A stretch of DNA of 64,000 bases. It comes from a virus. The notes under the pieces are model-generated. The model ran no database searches. It was not told the DNA's origin and saw only the letters and a list, made by a program, of their open reading frames with translations. The position numbers and the translations under genes were made by a program. The stretch spans positions 53,124 to 117,123 of the IMG/VR virus record IMGVR_UViG_3300005253_000361. One strand, written 5' to 3'. This document shows positions 45,449 to 54,051 of this stretch, piece after piece (within the stretch, counting starts at the first letter, position 1; every line of letters begins with the position of its first letter).

Positions 45449-45602
45449 TCTTTACCTCCTCTACCCACTGGCGGGGAATTCGGGCGCGGGAACCGATACG
45501 GACGCTCGGGACCTTCCCGTCGTGCACCCAATGCCAGGCGGTTTGGTAGTGGACGCCGAAGACGTCCGCGAGCTCCTGGACCGTCAGGAACTCAGCCTTC
45601 AT
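45288..45602 (-). CDS. xis: Excisionase (HTH_17)
   Basis: FLTVQELADVFGVHYQTAWHWVHDGKVPSVRIGSRARIPR directly upstream of int; its 3' part overlaps int. Confidence 0.8.
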   Translation of the reverse strand: MKAEFLTVQELADVFGVHYQTAWHWVHDGKVPSVRIGSRARIPRQWVEEVKSAAIEATVSPASDEAGERKVGSGLPSLAQLFTFVGLPRAARVLDRGGGAPSGA

Positions 45603-45667
45603 GTTACTGCCCCAGGGATCTGCATTCCCCCTCCTTTGGCCCGCGACCCCTCAGTCGCGAGACAGTG

Positions 45668-45766
45668 TCAGTCGAACGGTATTGGCTCCGGATACCTCGA
45701 GAGCCTCCAGGCGTTCCGGATGCCGGCCCCGCAGACCAGCCGGATGAATCGGATCAGACGCTTCAT
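45668..45766 (-). CDS. Very small hypothetical protein (32 aa)
   Basis: MKRLIRFIRL...; preceded by the CGACTGAGGGGAAGGAG motif/RBS. Confidence 0.4.
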   Translation of the reverse strand: MKRLIRFIRLVCGAGIRNAWRLSRYPEPIPFD

Positions 45767-46029
45767 CGATCTGGCCCTCCTTCCCCTCAGTCGTACGTGC
45801 AAAACATCTTTTTCGGGTCCCGGTATCCTGTTTACCCCCCGAGCAAAGGACGCCGCATCGAGCACTCAAACCTACCCCGATACAACGTCCCCATAGAGCC
45901 TGCGCGCCCCACCTCCTGACCGAAGGAGCACGCAGCCGAGCGGAAGAGCAGTTGCACCGCATCTCCCGATGACCAAAATCAATGTAGCACAACCCCAGGT
46001 CCCGTGCCCAATCGTGTCGATTCACCCCT

Positions 46030-46240
46030 CGCCGAATCCCCGACCTTTAAGTACATAAGTTTCAAGCTACGAAAGAACCGTTCCAAGTTTAGTATTCAAG
46101 TACAGGTAGAAAATAAGAATTGAAAGCATGATCAAGAGGTTTTAGAGAGAAGAATAAACATAACCCCCCATGAATAATCTTATGGGACCTTTGTAGTAGA
46201 CTAAAGAGCGTTCTATTCAATTTTGTTTCCAGCCGCCTAA
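46030..46240. promoter_or_regulatory. AT-rich non-coding tract near the strand switch (promoter/origin candidate)
   Basis: Sharp GC drop; repeated (TT)CAAG(T) words. Confidence 0.45.
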
Positions 46241-46560
46241 TCGGCAAGAATAATCCTCTGCTCTTCCTTGCCGCCGGCTCCCAGCGCAAGACCTGCCTCA
46301 TTGCACACAACGTCAAGCAGTTCAATGCGCGCCTGCTCGACCGTCAGGCCCTGGAGTTCAGCGTACGTGGTTGCAACCCTGCCGAGCTCTTCCTCGAACA
46401 GCGCCCCGGTCTTGTTTTGGCCTGCGTGCAGGAACGCTAGGTAGTCCAGCGGGTCAAACTCCCCTGGCGGCAGCTCCACCAGGAGTACGGCCTCGAGGTC
46501 GCCTTCCTGCTCCCCGGGTGTCGCGATCAACTGCAGACGGAATACGTGTGGCTCGGGCAT
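46237..46560 (-). CDS. Hypothetical protein
   Basis: 107 aa, acidic; preceded by CTGAGGGGAAGGA RBS motif. Confidence 0.6.
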   Translation of the reverse strand: MPEPHVFRLQLIATPGEQEGDLEAVLLVELPPGEFDPLDYLAFLHAGQNKTGALFEEELGRVATTYAELQGLTVEQARIELLDVVCNEAGLALGAGGKEEQRIILAD

Positions 46561-47060
46561 CTGGTGTCTTCCTTCCCCTCAGGGTGATAGATTCCTGAAT
46601 TGTGACGGGGGCCTATGGTTCGAAGCAATGAAGTCCTACCCGGCCCACAGGAATTGACTGCCTCCGTAGTCTTGTGTCATAGTGTTGCTCGGGTACACCG
46701 AGTTCTCCTCCTTCCCCTCAGTCGGTAGGTGAACGCAGTAGCCGGATACCCGACGAGTTTGGCCGCGAGGTTTTGCGAGGTTCCCCCTCCTTTCCTCGCG
46801 GCCTTCTCTTTTGTGGGTATGATTAGGTCCGGCGAACTCATCTATGCTACGTTGAGTTCGTATGGATCCTCTGGCGCCGGGAATCTCGTCAGCCATCCAA
46901 GCGATCGAGGTTCCCGGCCACCTCCATACAGTTTTGGTTCGGGTGCGGAGTTGCTTGACCTAACCGGTCACATCACGCATGCTGCCTGAACACGCAACGC
47001 AAGTTCTCTTTCGCGTCAGTCGGATGAGGGTCCGACGGGTCGCGCACAGGAGGGGGAGTC

Positions 47061-47294
47061 GTGACGTACTTCCGACGATTCATCTGCCGACGTCTCGGCC
47101 ACACGTACGTCATCCGTCGCTTCCGTCGCCACCGCAAGATCCTCGGTTGGGAGGAATGTCTCGTGTGCGGCCATCAGCCTGCCGCGACCGCGTGGCATAA
47201 GGCCCATACCGGAACCAGGCTCCCGACGCCCCTTTGTCGCTCCGACAAGATCCCGCGGATCCGGGGGCTCGTTGGGCTCGAGGTGGCCGAGTGA
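47061..47294 (+). CDS. Hypothetical protein
   Basis: AGGAGGGGG RBS; RFICRRLGH...CLVCG. Confidence 0.55.
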   Translation: MTYFRRFICRRLGHTYVIRRFRRHRKILGWEECLVCGHQPAATAWHKAHTGTRLPTPLCRSDKIPRIRGLVGLEVAE

Positions 47295-47935
47295 TGGTTG
47301 GGCTCCCGGGCATCCCGCTTCAGTTTTCCCTCACCTCACGCATTCCGGTCGGGTGGGATCGAATCGACCGAGTTGAGTTCGAGACCGGTGATCTCGTATT
47401 CGTGCGGGGCCGGGGTCGGATCTCTCGGCTCATCTGCTGGTTCAGCCGGTCGGTCGGCGAGGCTCCCACGTTCGCATCACATGTTGGGATGGTGCTGGAT
47501 CCCGAGCGCCAGTCTCTCATCGAGGCGCTCCGAACGGTCGTGATTCGGCGCATCGATTCCTATCGGGGCGAGGCTGACGTGATGGTAATTCGGCTCCCGC
47601 ACGGACTGTTGTCGTCGGAGCGCGTGGTGATGCGCGAGCAGGCTATCAAATACCTCAAGCACAGGTACGGGTACCTGAAAATCATCGTGCACGCGCTCGA
47701 TCATTTGCTCGTCAAAGACCGCTACGTGTTCCGTCGACTCGCGCGCCTGGATGACTACCCAATCTGCAGTTGGCTCGTCGCGTACGTGTACAAGAGGGTA
47801 TTGAATTATCGGTTCGGTGAATTGCCCAACCTGGTGTCGCCGGACGACATGTTGGACCACTGCCAGGTGCGGGACTGGCACCTCGTGTGGGCCGACAGCT
47901 ACTCAACCGTGAGGGATTTCGACATAGCCACGTGA
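47291..47935 (+). CDS. Permuted papain-like amidase (YiiX/YebB-like)
   Basis: GDLVFVRG, SHVGMV (His), ICSWLVAYVY (Cys), VSPDD. Confidence 0.8.
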   Translation: MMVGLPGIPLQFSLTSRIPVGWDRIDRVEFETGDLVFVRGRGRISRLICWFSRSVGEAPTFASHVGMVLDPERQSLIEALRTVVIRRIDSYRGEADVMVIRLPHGLLSSERVVMREQAIKYLKHRYGYLKIIVHALDHLLVKDRYVFRRLARLDDYPICSWLVAYVYKRVLNYRFGELPNLVSPDDMLDHCQVRDWHLVWADSYSTVRDFDIAT

Positions 47936-48394
47936 GGGCGTGGCGGGAGGGGGAGACCGATGAAAATTCTGCTAGCACTGCAGGCTGCCCGACGTTACCT
48001 GGAGGCCGGGTTGTGAGCTGTCTTCGGCAGGGAATTTTTCTCCGGGGAACATTTGGCTCACATGACTACCAGATGACCCCGCCTGTTCTTGTGATGTGCC
48101 CCGCGGGTGTTCCGTGGTACCAGTCGATCAAGTGCTGCACGAAGTGCGGCGACACGGAAACCGTGTGGCTCGGCCGACCGCCCGAGGCGGAGGCCTGCCT
48201 GTGATTCTCGCCCTTGGGATCTCGGTCACGACCTCGACCGCCAATTGGAATCTCGCGGTGATCCTCGATCCCCGCATCTGGACGCCAACGTACCAGTGCG
48301 AGGAGCGCCCCGTGGCTACGACCCGGCGGTTTCTGATGTTCGCCCTCGGGCGCGTCACGCACACGCAACTGCGTGAGATCGCGGGAGGGGAGCT

Positions 48395-49216
48395 GTGATG
48401 AGCTATCCCAAGATCGCTGGCGTGACTCGAGTCCGAAACGAAGAGCACATCCTCCTGGACACGCTCGACTACTACAGCAAAATCTGCACCCACGGCATCT
48501 TCGCTCTCGACGAGGCCTCGACCGATGCCACCCCGGAGATCTTGATCGCCAGTCCGGACGTCCGGCACATGATCGAGGTTCCGACGCTCGAAACCGATCC
48601 AGGCAAGCGGCGGGCGTTCGAGGGGTGGGGCCGGCAGCAACCTTGTGACGCCGCCATCGAGTCAGGTGCCGAATGGATCCTGTACTTCGACGCCGACGAG
48701 CATATCGAGTTCGACTTCGAGTCGTTCGACTACAGCAGCTGGGACGCCGTATCGTTCCGGCTGTTCGATTTCTACATCACCCCAGAAGATATCGACGGCT
48801 TCGGCACCTGGGAGATTCCAGAGGGGCGCCCCGACGAGTGGCGGACCTATGGGTGGAAGTGCCGCGGCTGGATCGGCCCCGAGTACCGCGACATCCCGAT
48901 GCTGTTCCGAGTCAGTCAACCAGACCCAGAAGGGGAGCATCGGTACCCAAAGTTCCACGACCGTATCCCGGAGATGCAGCCGAGTTGCCGCACCTTCGTG
49001 GCCGGCTACGACGGCTGCGTCCGCCACTACGGGAAGGCGATCTCGATCGTCGAATGGGAGGCGACCTGCGACTACTACGCGCGGTACCAGCCAGAGCCGT
49101 TCAAATCCAAGTGGGAGGCGCGCCGCGGTCACGCGATCCATTACCTGTCCGATTTCGGGCAACCCCTATGCCGGTGGGTGGACCGAGAGCGTTTCGGTAT
49201 CCCGCTGGTTAATTGA
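48395..49216 (+). CDS. Glycosyltransferase family 2
   Basis: RVRNEE, LDEASTDAT, WILYFDADE, RHYGK. Confidence 0.85.
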   Translation: MMSYPKIAGVTRVRNEEHILLDTLDYYSKICTHGIFALDEASTDATPEILIASPDVRHMIEVPTLETDPGKRRAFEGWGRQQPCDAAIESGAEWILYFDADEHIEFDFESFDYSSWDAVSFRLFDFYITPEDIDGFGTWEIPEGRPDEWRTYGWKCRGWIGPEYRDIPMLFRVSQPDPEGEHRYPKFHDRIPEMQPSCRTFVAGYDGCVRHYGKAISIVEWEATCDYYARYQPEPFKSKWEARRGHAIHYLSDFGQPLCRWVDRERFGIPLVN

Positions 49217-49227
49217 GGAGAGGAAAT

Positions 49228-49488
49228 ATGAAGTTACGCATCGTAGTTGCTGTCATCATTCTCGCGCTCGGGACTCTGGCCTGTGCCGACACCTTTACGG
49301 CCAAGATTGCGGCCTACGGCGAGAGCCATTCGATTAAGTGTTATTCGGGCGGTGTCGTGATCTACGAGGGCACCTCGACCGGGAAGGTCACGTCCCCGGT
49401 GGACAGTGACGGCTACCAGTTCAAGTCGATGGAGACCGGCCGGCTTACCGAGGTATCGGGTGAGTGCATCATCGAGACGTTCGACTGA
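49228..49488 (+). CDS. Small predicted lipoprotein
   Basis: Signal peptide ending TLAC (lipobox-like); IKCYSGGVVIYEGTSTGKV. Confidence 0.65.
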   Translation: MKLRIVVAVIILALGTLACADTFTAKIAAYGESHSIKCYSGGVVIYEGTSTGKVTSPVDSDGYQFKSMETGRLTEVSGECIIETFD

Positions 49489-50009
49489 TGGCGATCACAA
49501 CAATTCCCGTACGGCTACTGGACGTCCCACAGTTGCACGCGCTCTTGTGGGCGGCCGAAGCGGTATCGGCGGTCCCGTGTCCGGAGGGCTGCACCGATGG
49601 GGTCGTTTGCGCGGAGCAAGTCTCGGAAGACGAATGGCTCGCGGTGCAGTGTGAGTGGTGCGCGATGGCGGATTACCTCCGGGACGCGGCCGGGTACGAG
49701 GAAGAGGAGGAGGCCGACCACGACACCCGCACCGTATTTGATCGGTGCAGCTACTGCAGCCACTACTGGGGCAACCACCTCGCCCGCATGTCCGGTGGGG
49801 AGGTCGGCTGTGTGTTGGCTGGTTGCGACTGCCGGTGGGCACCGCCCATTACACGACCCTGCGCCCACGAGAGCGCCGAGGTCCGCACCTGTGGAACGGG
49901 CGAGTTCGATCTGCTTCACCGGAAGCTTCAGGAGCTGCTGAACATCGTCCGAGGCCTGCGGAGTGACCGGAACCGTGTAATGGGTCCAGACAAAACGGTG
50001 CGAGATTGA
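49488..50009 (+). CDS. Cys-rich hypothetical protein
   Basis: TGATG-coupled; several CxxC motifs. Confidence 0.55.
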   Translation: MAITTIPVRLLDVPQLHALLWAAEAVSAVPCPEGCTDGVVCAEQVSEDEWLAVQCEWCAMADYLRDAAGYEEEEEADHDTRTVFDRCSYCSHYWGNHLARMSGGEVGCVLAGCDCRWAPPITRPCAHESAEVRTCGTGEFDLLHRKLQELLNIVRGLRSDRNRVMGPDKTVRD

Positions 50010-50436
50010 TTGCATCATGACCAGGCAAATGAATACCTTGGCTCTACCTCAACCACGTGCGTGGTCGAAGTTATCGACGGCCCACTACAGCAGGTTGACC
50101 CCGAGTCCCTGCTGGGCTGTCGAACCAAGGGTTGCCCGATCCTGCCCCTCCCTACCCAGGCGGGGACTCTTGGACCGGAAGTCTCCCGGGGGATCGCCCA
50201 CCCTTTCCCCCTCGGGAGGCTTCACTATTTTCGGGGCGAGCCTGATGTGCCCACCCGGAGCGGTAATCCCGGTACTTTCGAGGTGGCTCCAAGGAGTCAG
50301 CTTCGGCCGGGGCAATCCGGGCATCCTGCTGCAGCGGGGCAGGCTCGCCCCCCCAGATATTCCAGCCCATACCGGCACACCAATTGGGTCGTCGCGGCGT
50401 CAGCTGCGTGCGGTCCCGACCGACTGAGGGGTAGTT

Positions 50437-50955
50437 ATGAGTGAATTGTTGAGGCCGTTTACAACATTGTTGATTTCTCCCGAGGTACCGATGCGCCAGG
50501 CGATTCTGGCCGGCGACAAGACCGTCACGCTTCGGCTCGGCCACCGGGACTACCAACGCGGCGACAAGTTGATGCTGTGTTGCCATCTCGATCCCTGGGC
50601 GGTCATGACGACCGTGGTCTCGGTTCGCCATACCTCCCTCGCCGAAGTGGGGCAGCTGGACTGGGAGGCTGAGGGGTTCGATAGCCACCAGGAGATGGTC
50701 GAGGGCATCGAGCGCTACTACGGGCCGATGATCCCGCAGCAGAACATCACGATCCTCCGGTGGGGTGCCCTCGAGGGGCAGCTGACCGAGCCCCCGACAG
50801 AAGATGCCGAGGCACCGACGCGCCAGGCGATCCAGGCCTCGCTGGAGCCGAACATGGAAGCAGCCAAGCGTATATCGGAGCTCGGGATGTCGACCGAGCC
50901 CCCGACAGAGGAGCCCGAGGTGGTTGCGCCGGAAGGCTCCAAGGAGGAGGCATGA
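50437..50955 (+). CDS. ASCH domain protein
   Basis: AILAGDKTVTLRLG...GD...AEGF. Confidence 0.8.
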   Translation: MSELLRPFTTLLISPEVPMRQAILAGDKTVTLRLGHRDYQRGDKLMLCCHLDPWAVMTTVVSVRHTSLAEVGQLDWEAEGFDSHQEMVEGIERYYGPMIPQQNITILRWGALEGQLTEPPTEDAEAPTRQAIQASLEPNMEAAKRISELGMSTEPPTEEPEVVAPEGSKEEA

Positions 50956-51212
50956 GGAAGTGGGAGATCTTGATCTACTACTGGCGCGGAACTTTACTGC
51001 TCGCGACGCACCGAATGGTCGTGGAGCTGGATAAGTACCCGGAGGCGACGGTGCAGGAGCTGTCGAATGGGGGCTTCACGTACGGAAAGCCTCCGATGTC
51101 CTCGTGTCCCCACGGTACCCACGTGTTCGTTCCTCGCCGGGCCATCTTCAGGATCGAGACGAGCGACATTACTCCTCAGGAGGAAGATGATGCTGTCGAA
51201 GCGAAGGAGTAG
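50952..51212 (+). CDS. Hypothetical protein
   Basis: AAGGAGG RBS, ATGA-coupled. Confidence 0.55.
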   Translation: MRKWEILIYYWRGTLLLATHRMVVELDKYPEATVQELSNGGFTYGKPPMSSCPHGTHVFVPRRAIFRIETSDITPQEEDDAVEAKE

Positions 51213-51537
51213 CGACAACCTGACTCTGTGGGTCCTGTTGTTCGGGGCCCTCATCGGGTTTTTATTCGGCTTCGGCGAGGGTTTGCAGGTATGCCAGAGT
51301 GCCGCTCCGAACTATGGACTCGAGTCGCCGGATCATGGCCTCCAGGCAGCTCCCGTTATCTCGGCGGTATCGCTACCGCAGGACAGGGCGGCCGAAGGCC
51401 GCCCTGTCACCGACCGGAAAACCGGCCTCTATTTGATCCTCGGGATCCTGGTGGGGTCGCTGGGAACCCTGGCCGGCGTCAGGCTTGCTCGCGGGATCGT
51501 GGGTCGCCTGATGGATGCCTGGGGGCTGGAATGTTGA
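51187..51537 (+). CDS. Membrane protein (2 TM segments)
   Basis: Two hydrophobic segments; GGAGG RBS. Confidence 0.5.
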   Translation: MMLSKRRSSDNLTLWVLLFGALIGFLFGFGEGLQVCQSAAPNYGLESPDHGLQAAPVISAVSLPQDRAAEGRPVTDRKTGLYLILGILVGSLGTLAGVRLARGIVGRLMDAWGLEC

Positions 51538-51580
51538 CCTGGCTGCAGGGCCGCTGGAGGCGTCGGCAGTAACGAAACTT

Positions 51581-51652
51581 TGGCCCGTAGCTCAGCGGTA
51601 GAGCGTCCGACTGATAATCGGAAGGTCGGTGGCTCAAATCCACCCGGGCCAA
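51581..51652 (+). tRNA. tRNA-Ile (GAT)
   Basis: Full cloverleaf: TGGCCCG/CGGGCCA acceptor, GCTC/GAGC D-stem, TCCGA-CTGATAA-TCGGA anticodon arm, GGTGG-CTCAAAT-CCACC T-arm; CCA not encoded. Confidence 0.92.
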
Positions 51653-51660
51653 CTGCAGGG

Positions 51661-51733
51661 GTTGGGGGCGGCACGGAACTTCTTGCTTGGAGACCGTCGT
51701 GCCTTGGAGGCACGACGCCGTGCGGCCCCCAAC
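51661..51733 (+). ncRNA. Structured three-way-junction element after the tRNA
   Basis: 16-bp outer stem with one mismatch enclosing a 9-10 bp hairpin and a 4-bp hairpin. Confidence 0.45.
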
Positions 51734-51754
51734 ATTTCAACCGAGGAGGGGGAT

Positions 51755-52012
51755 ATGAATCGACGACAAATGTTTCGCCTGTTGCCCGCTGTAGCGGGGG
51801 CTGCGGCGGCGGTACCGCTGGGGTTGGCCGGTGGGGACGAGGTGGTGGAGTTTGAAACGCTGCACATCGAGCACGAAACACCCGAACTGCTCATCGGCTT
51901 CGCCGGTGCGAGCGCCGGACCGTACCAAATTCCACATTCCACCCCTGATCGCTTCACTGTGACGATCACGGAGCCCTCGGGGCGACAGCACCGATTCCTC
52001 AAAGAGAAATAG
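51755..52012 (+). CDS. Small protein with twin-arginine-like signal
   Basis: MNRRQMFRLLPAVAGAAAAVP. Confidence 0.55.
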   Translation: MNRRQMFRLLPAVAGAAAAVPLGLAGGDEVVEFETLHIEHETPELLIGFAGASAGPYQIPHSTPDRFTVTITEPSGRQHRFLKEK

Positions 52013-52281
52013 GAGGGGGATATGAAGGTTTGCGGAACAACCCACCAGGGGGACGAGGTGGAGTTCACGGCTTACTTCTGTACGTGCCCGATGGAACAGG
52101 AGTCCACGTGAGGCCACTGGCCCGTGGTCCACGGATCTCACTGTGAGCTCGAATTTGACTGCTGGGTCGAACTCGTCCGGAGCTGCTTCGGAGGTTGGTA
52201 CGGCAGTCGCAGCCACCTGAACGTGCCAGGGTATCGAGATCCTTGGCAGCGGATAAAAGAGAAATAGGAGGGGGATATGAA
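52001..52281. repeat. 26-bp exact direct repeat (52001-52026 and 52256-52281)
   Basis: AAAGAGAAATAGGAGGGGGATATGAA at both positions. Confidence 0.9.
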
Positions 52282-52684
52282 CGTATCGACCCAAGTAGCG
52301 GAATTGTTGGACGTGTTAGCGGCTCGCTTCGGCACAACCGCTGAGTACCTATGGGCCACGATGGTCCGGCACCACGTGATCGAGGGCTGGCTCCAGGTAG
52401 CGGCCGGCGGAGGACTTATCCTGGGTGGTCTGGTGGCGGGCGGTTTCGCCTACCGGGCCCACCAGGCCGTGCGGCGTCTGATCGATCTCGGCCGTGGCAC
52501 CGGCGAAACCGGCTACAGCTGGGACGCGCGGCTTCGGGACACCAAGGGGTGTCGAACCTTCCTGTTATGTGTCTTTGGTGGTCTCGTGTTGATCGGTAGC
52601 GGAATCGCGCTGACCGCGGGCCTGCAGCAAATCTTGATCCCGGAGTATTACGCCCTGCAGGAAATCCTGCGGGTCCTCCAGTAG
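52277..52684 (+). CDS. Membrane protein (2 TM segments)
   Basis: LLDVLAARFGTTAEYLW...PEYYALQEIL; two hydrophobic helices. Confidence 0.65.
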   Translation: MNVSTQVAELLDVLAARFGTTAEYLWATMVRHHVIEGWLQVAAGGGLILGGLVAGGFAYRAHQAVRRLIDLGRGTGETGYSWDARLRDTKGCRTFLLCVFGGLVLIGSGIALTAGLQQILIPEYYALQEILRVLQ

Positions 52685-52727
52685 GAGAAATTCTACCGCG
52701 GGGTCCTGAATTATGCGAATTGTTAGG

Positions 52728-52823
52728 TTCCTTTACTAACTCGATCCCTTAGTAAAGGAAAGCCGAAAATTTTCGACACTCCGGTGAGAGTTCGGTAGAC
52801 GAGCGTGTAACGGCTCCATAATC
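52728..52823 (+). promoter_or_regulatory. 12-bp inverted repeat and candidate sigma70-type promoter
   Basis: TTCCTTTACTAA-N9-TTAGTAAAGGAA (52728-52760); TAGACG-N16-CATAAT (52796-52823). Confidence 0.45.
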
Positions 52824-52865
52824 TGGGGCTACTGGCTGAGGGGCCAGTCTACAAAGGAGGGGGTA

Positions 52866-53216
52866 ATGAGTCGAAGTTGGAGTTTAGTCGGACTGACTGA
52901 GGACGCGCGCGACTTCCTGAAGGCGCAGGCACACGCGGAGGATTTCGAGCTCCGGAACGTCTCTACTGACGAGGTGGTGAGCCGCTACAGTCGGGCTTCC
53001 GGTGAGCCGTCTGGTCGAATCGTCGAACCTTGGTACGACGAGATCTACGAGCTGCTCCGCTACCCCCTTCTGGACGGAACCTACTGCTACGAGTTCGTCC
53101 AGGCGGAGCCCTGGAGCTCCGGCCCCAACACGTTCCTCGCACTCGCCCACGACATCGACGGCACGGACCCGATCCCGGAGACTCTCTGGGATCAGGACAT
53201 CATCGAGCAGTACTGA
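52866..53216 (+). CDS. Hypothetical protein
   Basis: AAAGGAGG RBS; EFVQAEPWSSGP..FLAL. Confidence 0.65.
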   Translation: MSRSWSLVGLTEDARDFLKAQAHAEDFELRNVSTDEVVSRYSRASGEPSGRIVEPWYDEIYELLRYPLLDGTYCYEFVQAEPWSSGPNTFLALAHDIDGTDPIPETLWDQDIIEQY

Positions 53217-53551
53217 TGCGCGTCGCGATCGTCGGCTCCCGCCACTACCCGGACCCGATCAAGGTGGTGGAGTACGTCCGGGCATTGCCGACAGACACCG
53301 TGGTGGTGTCGGGGGGCGCGGCCGGTCCCGATACCTGGGCCGAAGCGGCAGCGCTCTACCACGGAATGACAGTTCGGATCTTCAACGCCGATTGGCTTGG
53401 CCTCGATAGCGCGGCCGGCATGCTCCGCAACAGTCTCATCGTCGACGACGCCGACCGGCTCGTCGCCTTCTGGACCGGGTCGTCCGGCACGGCGGACTCG
53501 ATCGCGAAGGCTCGCGCTCGCGGGATCCCTGTTGAGGTGATCACCCCATGA
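53216..53551 (+). CDS. SLOG-family (DUF2493/YspA-like) protein
   Basis: MRVAIVGSR, VVSGGAAGPD, AGMLRN, AFWTGSSGT. Confidence 0.85.
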   Translation: MRVAIVGSRHYPDPIKVVEYVRALPTDTVVVSGGAAGPDTWAEAAALYHGMTVRIFNADWLGLDSAAGMLRNSLIVDDADRLVAFWTGSSGTADSIAKARARGIPVEVITP

Positions 53552-54051
53552 CCCGCGCCGAACGATGGATTGAAGAGCGCGGTCGGTACCGCCGGTCGAT
53601 GGCTGTCACCGACTTCCGCGCCGCGGTCGGCACAGAGAAGGGCCGCTGTACCTGGTGCGATGGGGCTCTACCTGGTAAGCGCCGCGTGTACTGCTCCGCT
53701 GTTTGCTCCGACGAGGTGTACGTCCGCTGCCACCCTGGTACCGCCCGGCACCGCGTGCGGCTACGGGACAAGAAGGTCTGCGCAGCCTGCGGACTCGACA
53801 CAAAGACACTGGCGCGATGGAAGCACAAGGACAAGATCCGCGACGAGTACAAAGCAATGCTTCGGAAACTCGGGTTTCACCTCATGCCTTGGGGGCGATC
53901 CTCTTTTTGGGACATGGACCACGTTGTGCCGATTACTGAGGGCGGCGGGATGTGCGGGCTCGAGGGACTCCAGACGCTCTGCGTGCCCTGCCACAAGGCG
54001 GAGACAAAAGAGCTCGCCAGCCGGCGTGCTCAGGAGAGGAAAGCGGCATGA
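53548..54051 (+). CDS. HNH endonuclease
   Basis: CAACG...DMDHVVPITEGGG...LQTLCVPCH. Confidence 0.85.
   Translation: MTRAERWIEERGRYRRSMAVTDFRAAVGTEKGRCTWCDGALPGKRRVYCSAVCSDEVYVRCHPGTARHRVRLRDKKVCAACGLDTKTLARWKHKDKIRDEYKAMLRKLGFHLMPWGRSSFWDMDHVVPITEGGGMCGLEGLQTLCVPCHKAETKELASRRAQERKAA

Noticed and set aside
47960-48016. 18-aa ORF MKILLALQAARRYLEAGL resembling a primase-polymerase N-terminus
   Set aside because: Too short for the similarity to be meaningful.
50784-50909. 18-bp repeat GACCGAGCCCCCGACAGA
   Set aside because: In-frame TEPPTE duplication in the low-complexity tail of the ASCH protein.
12806-52281. Recurrent 17-26 bp repeats as a CRISPR array or integron attC sites
   Set aside because: Not regularly spaced with 30-40 bp spacers; no cas genes; no attC GTTRRRY/RYYYAAC palindromes recognised.
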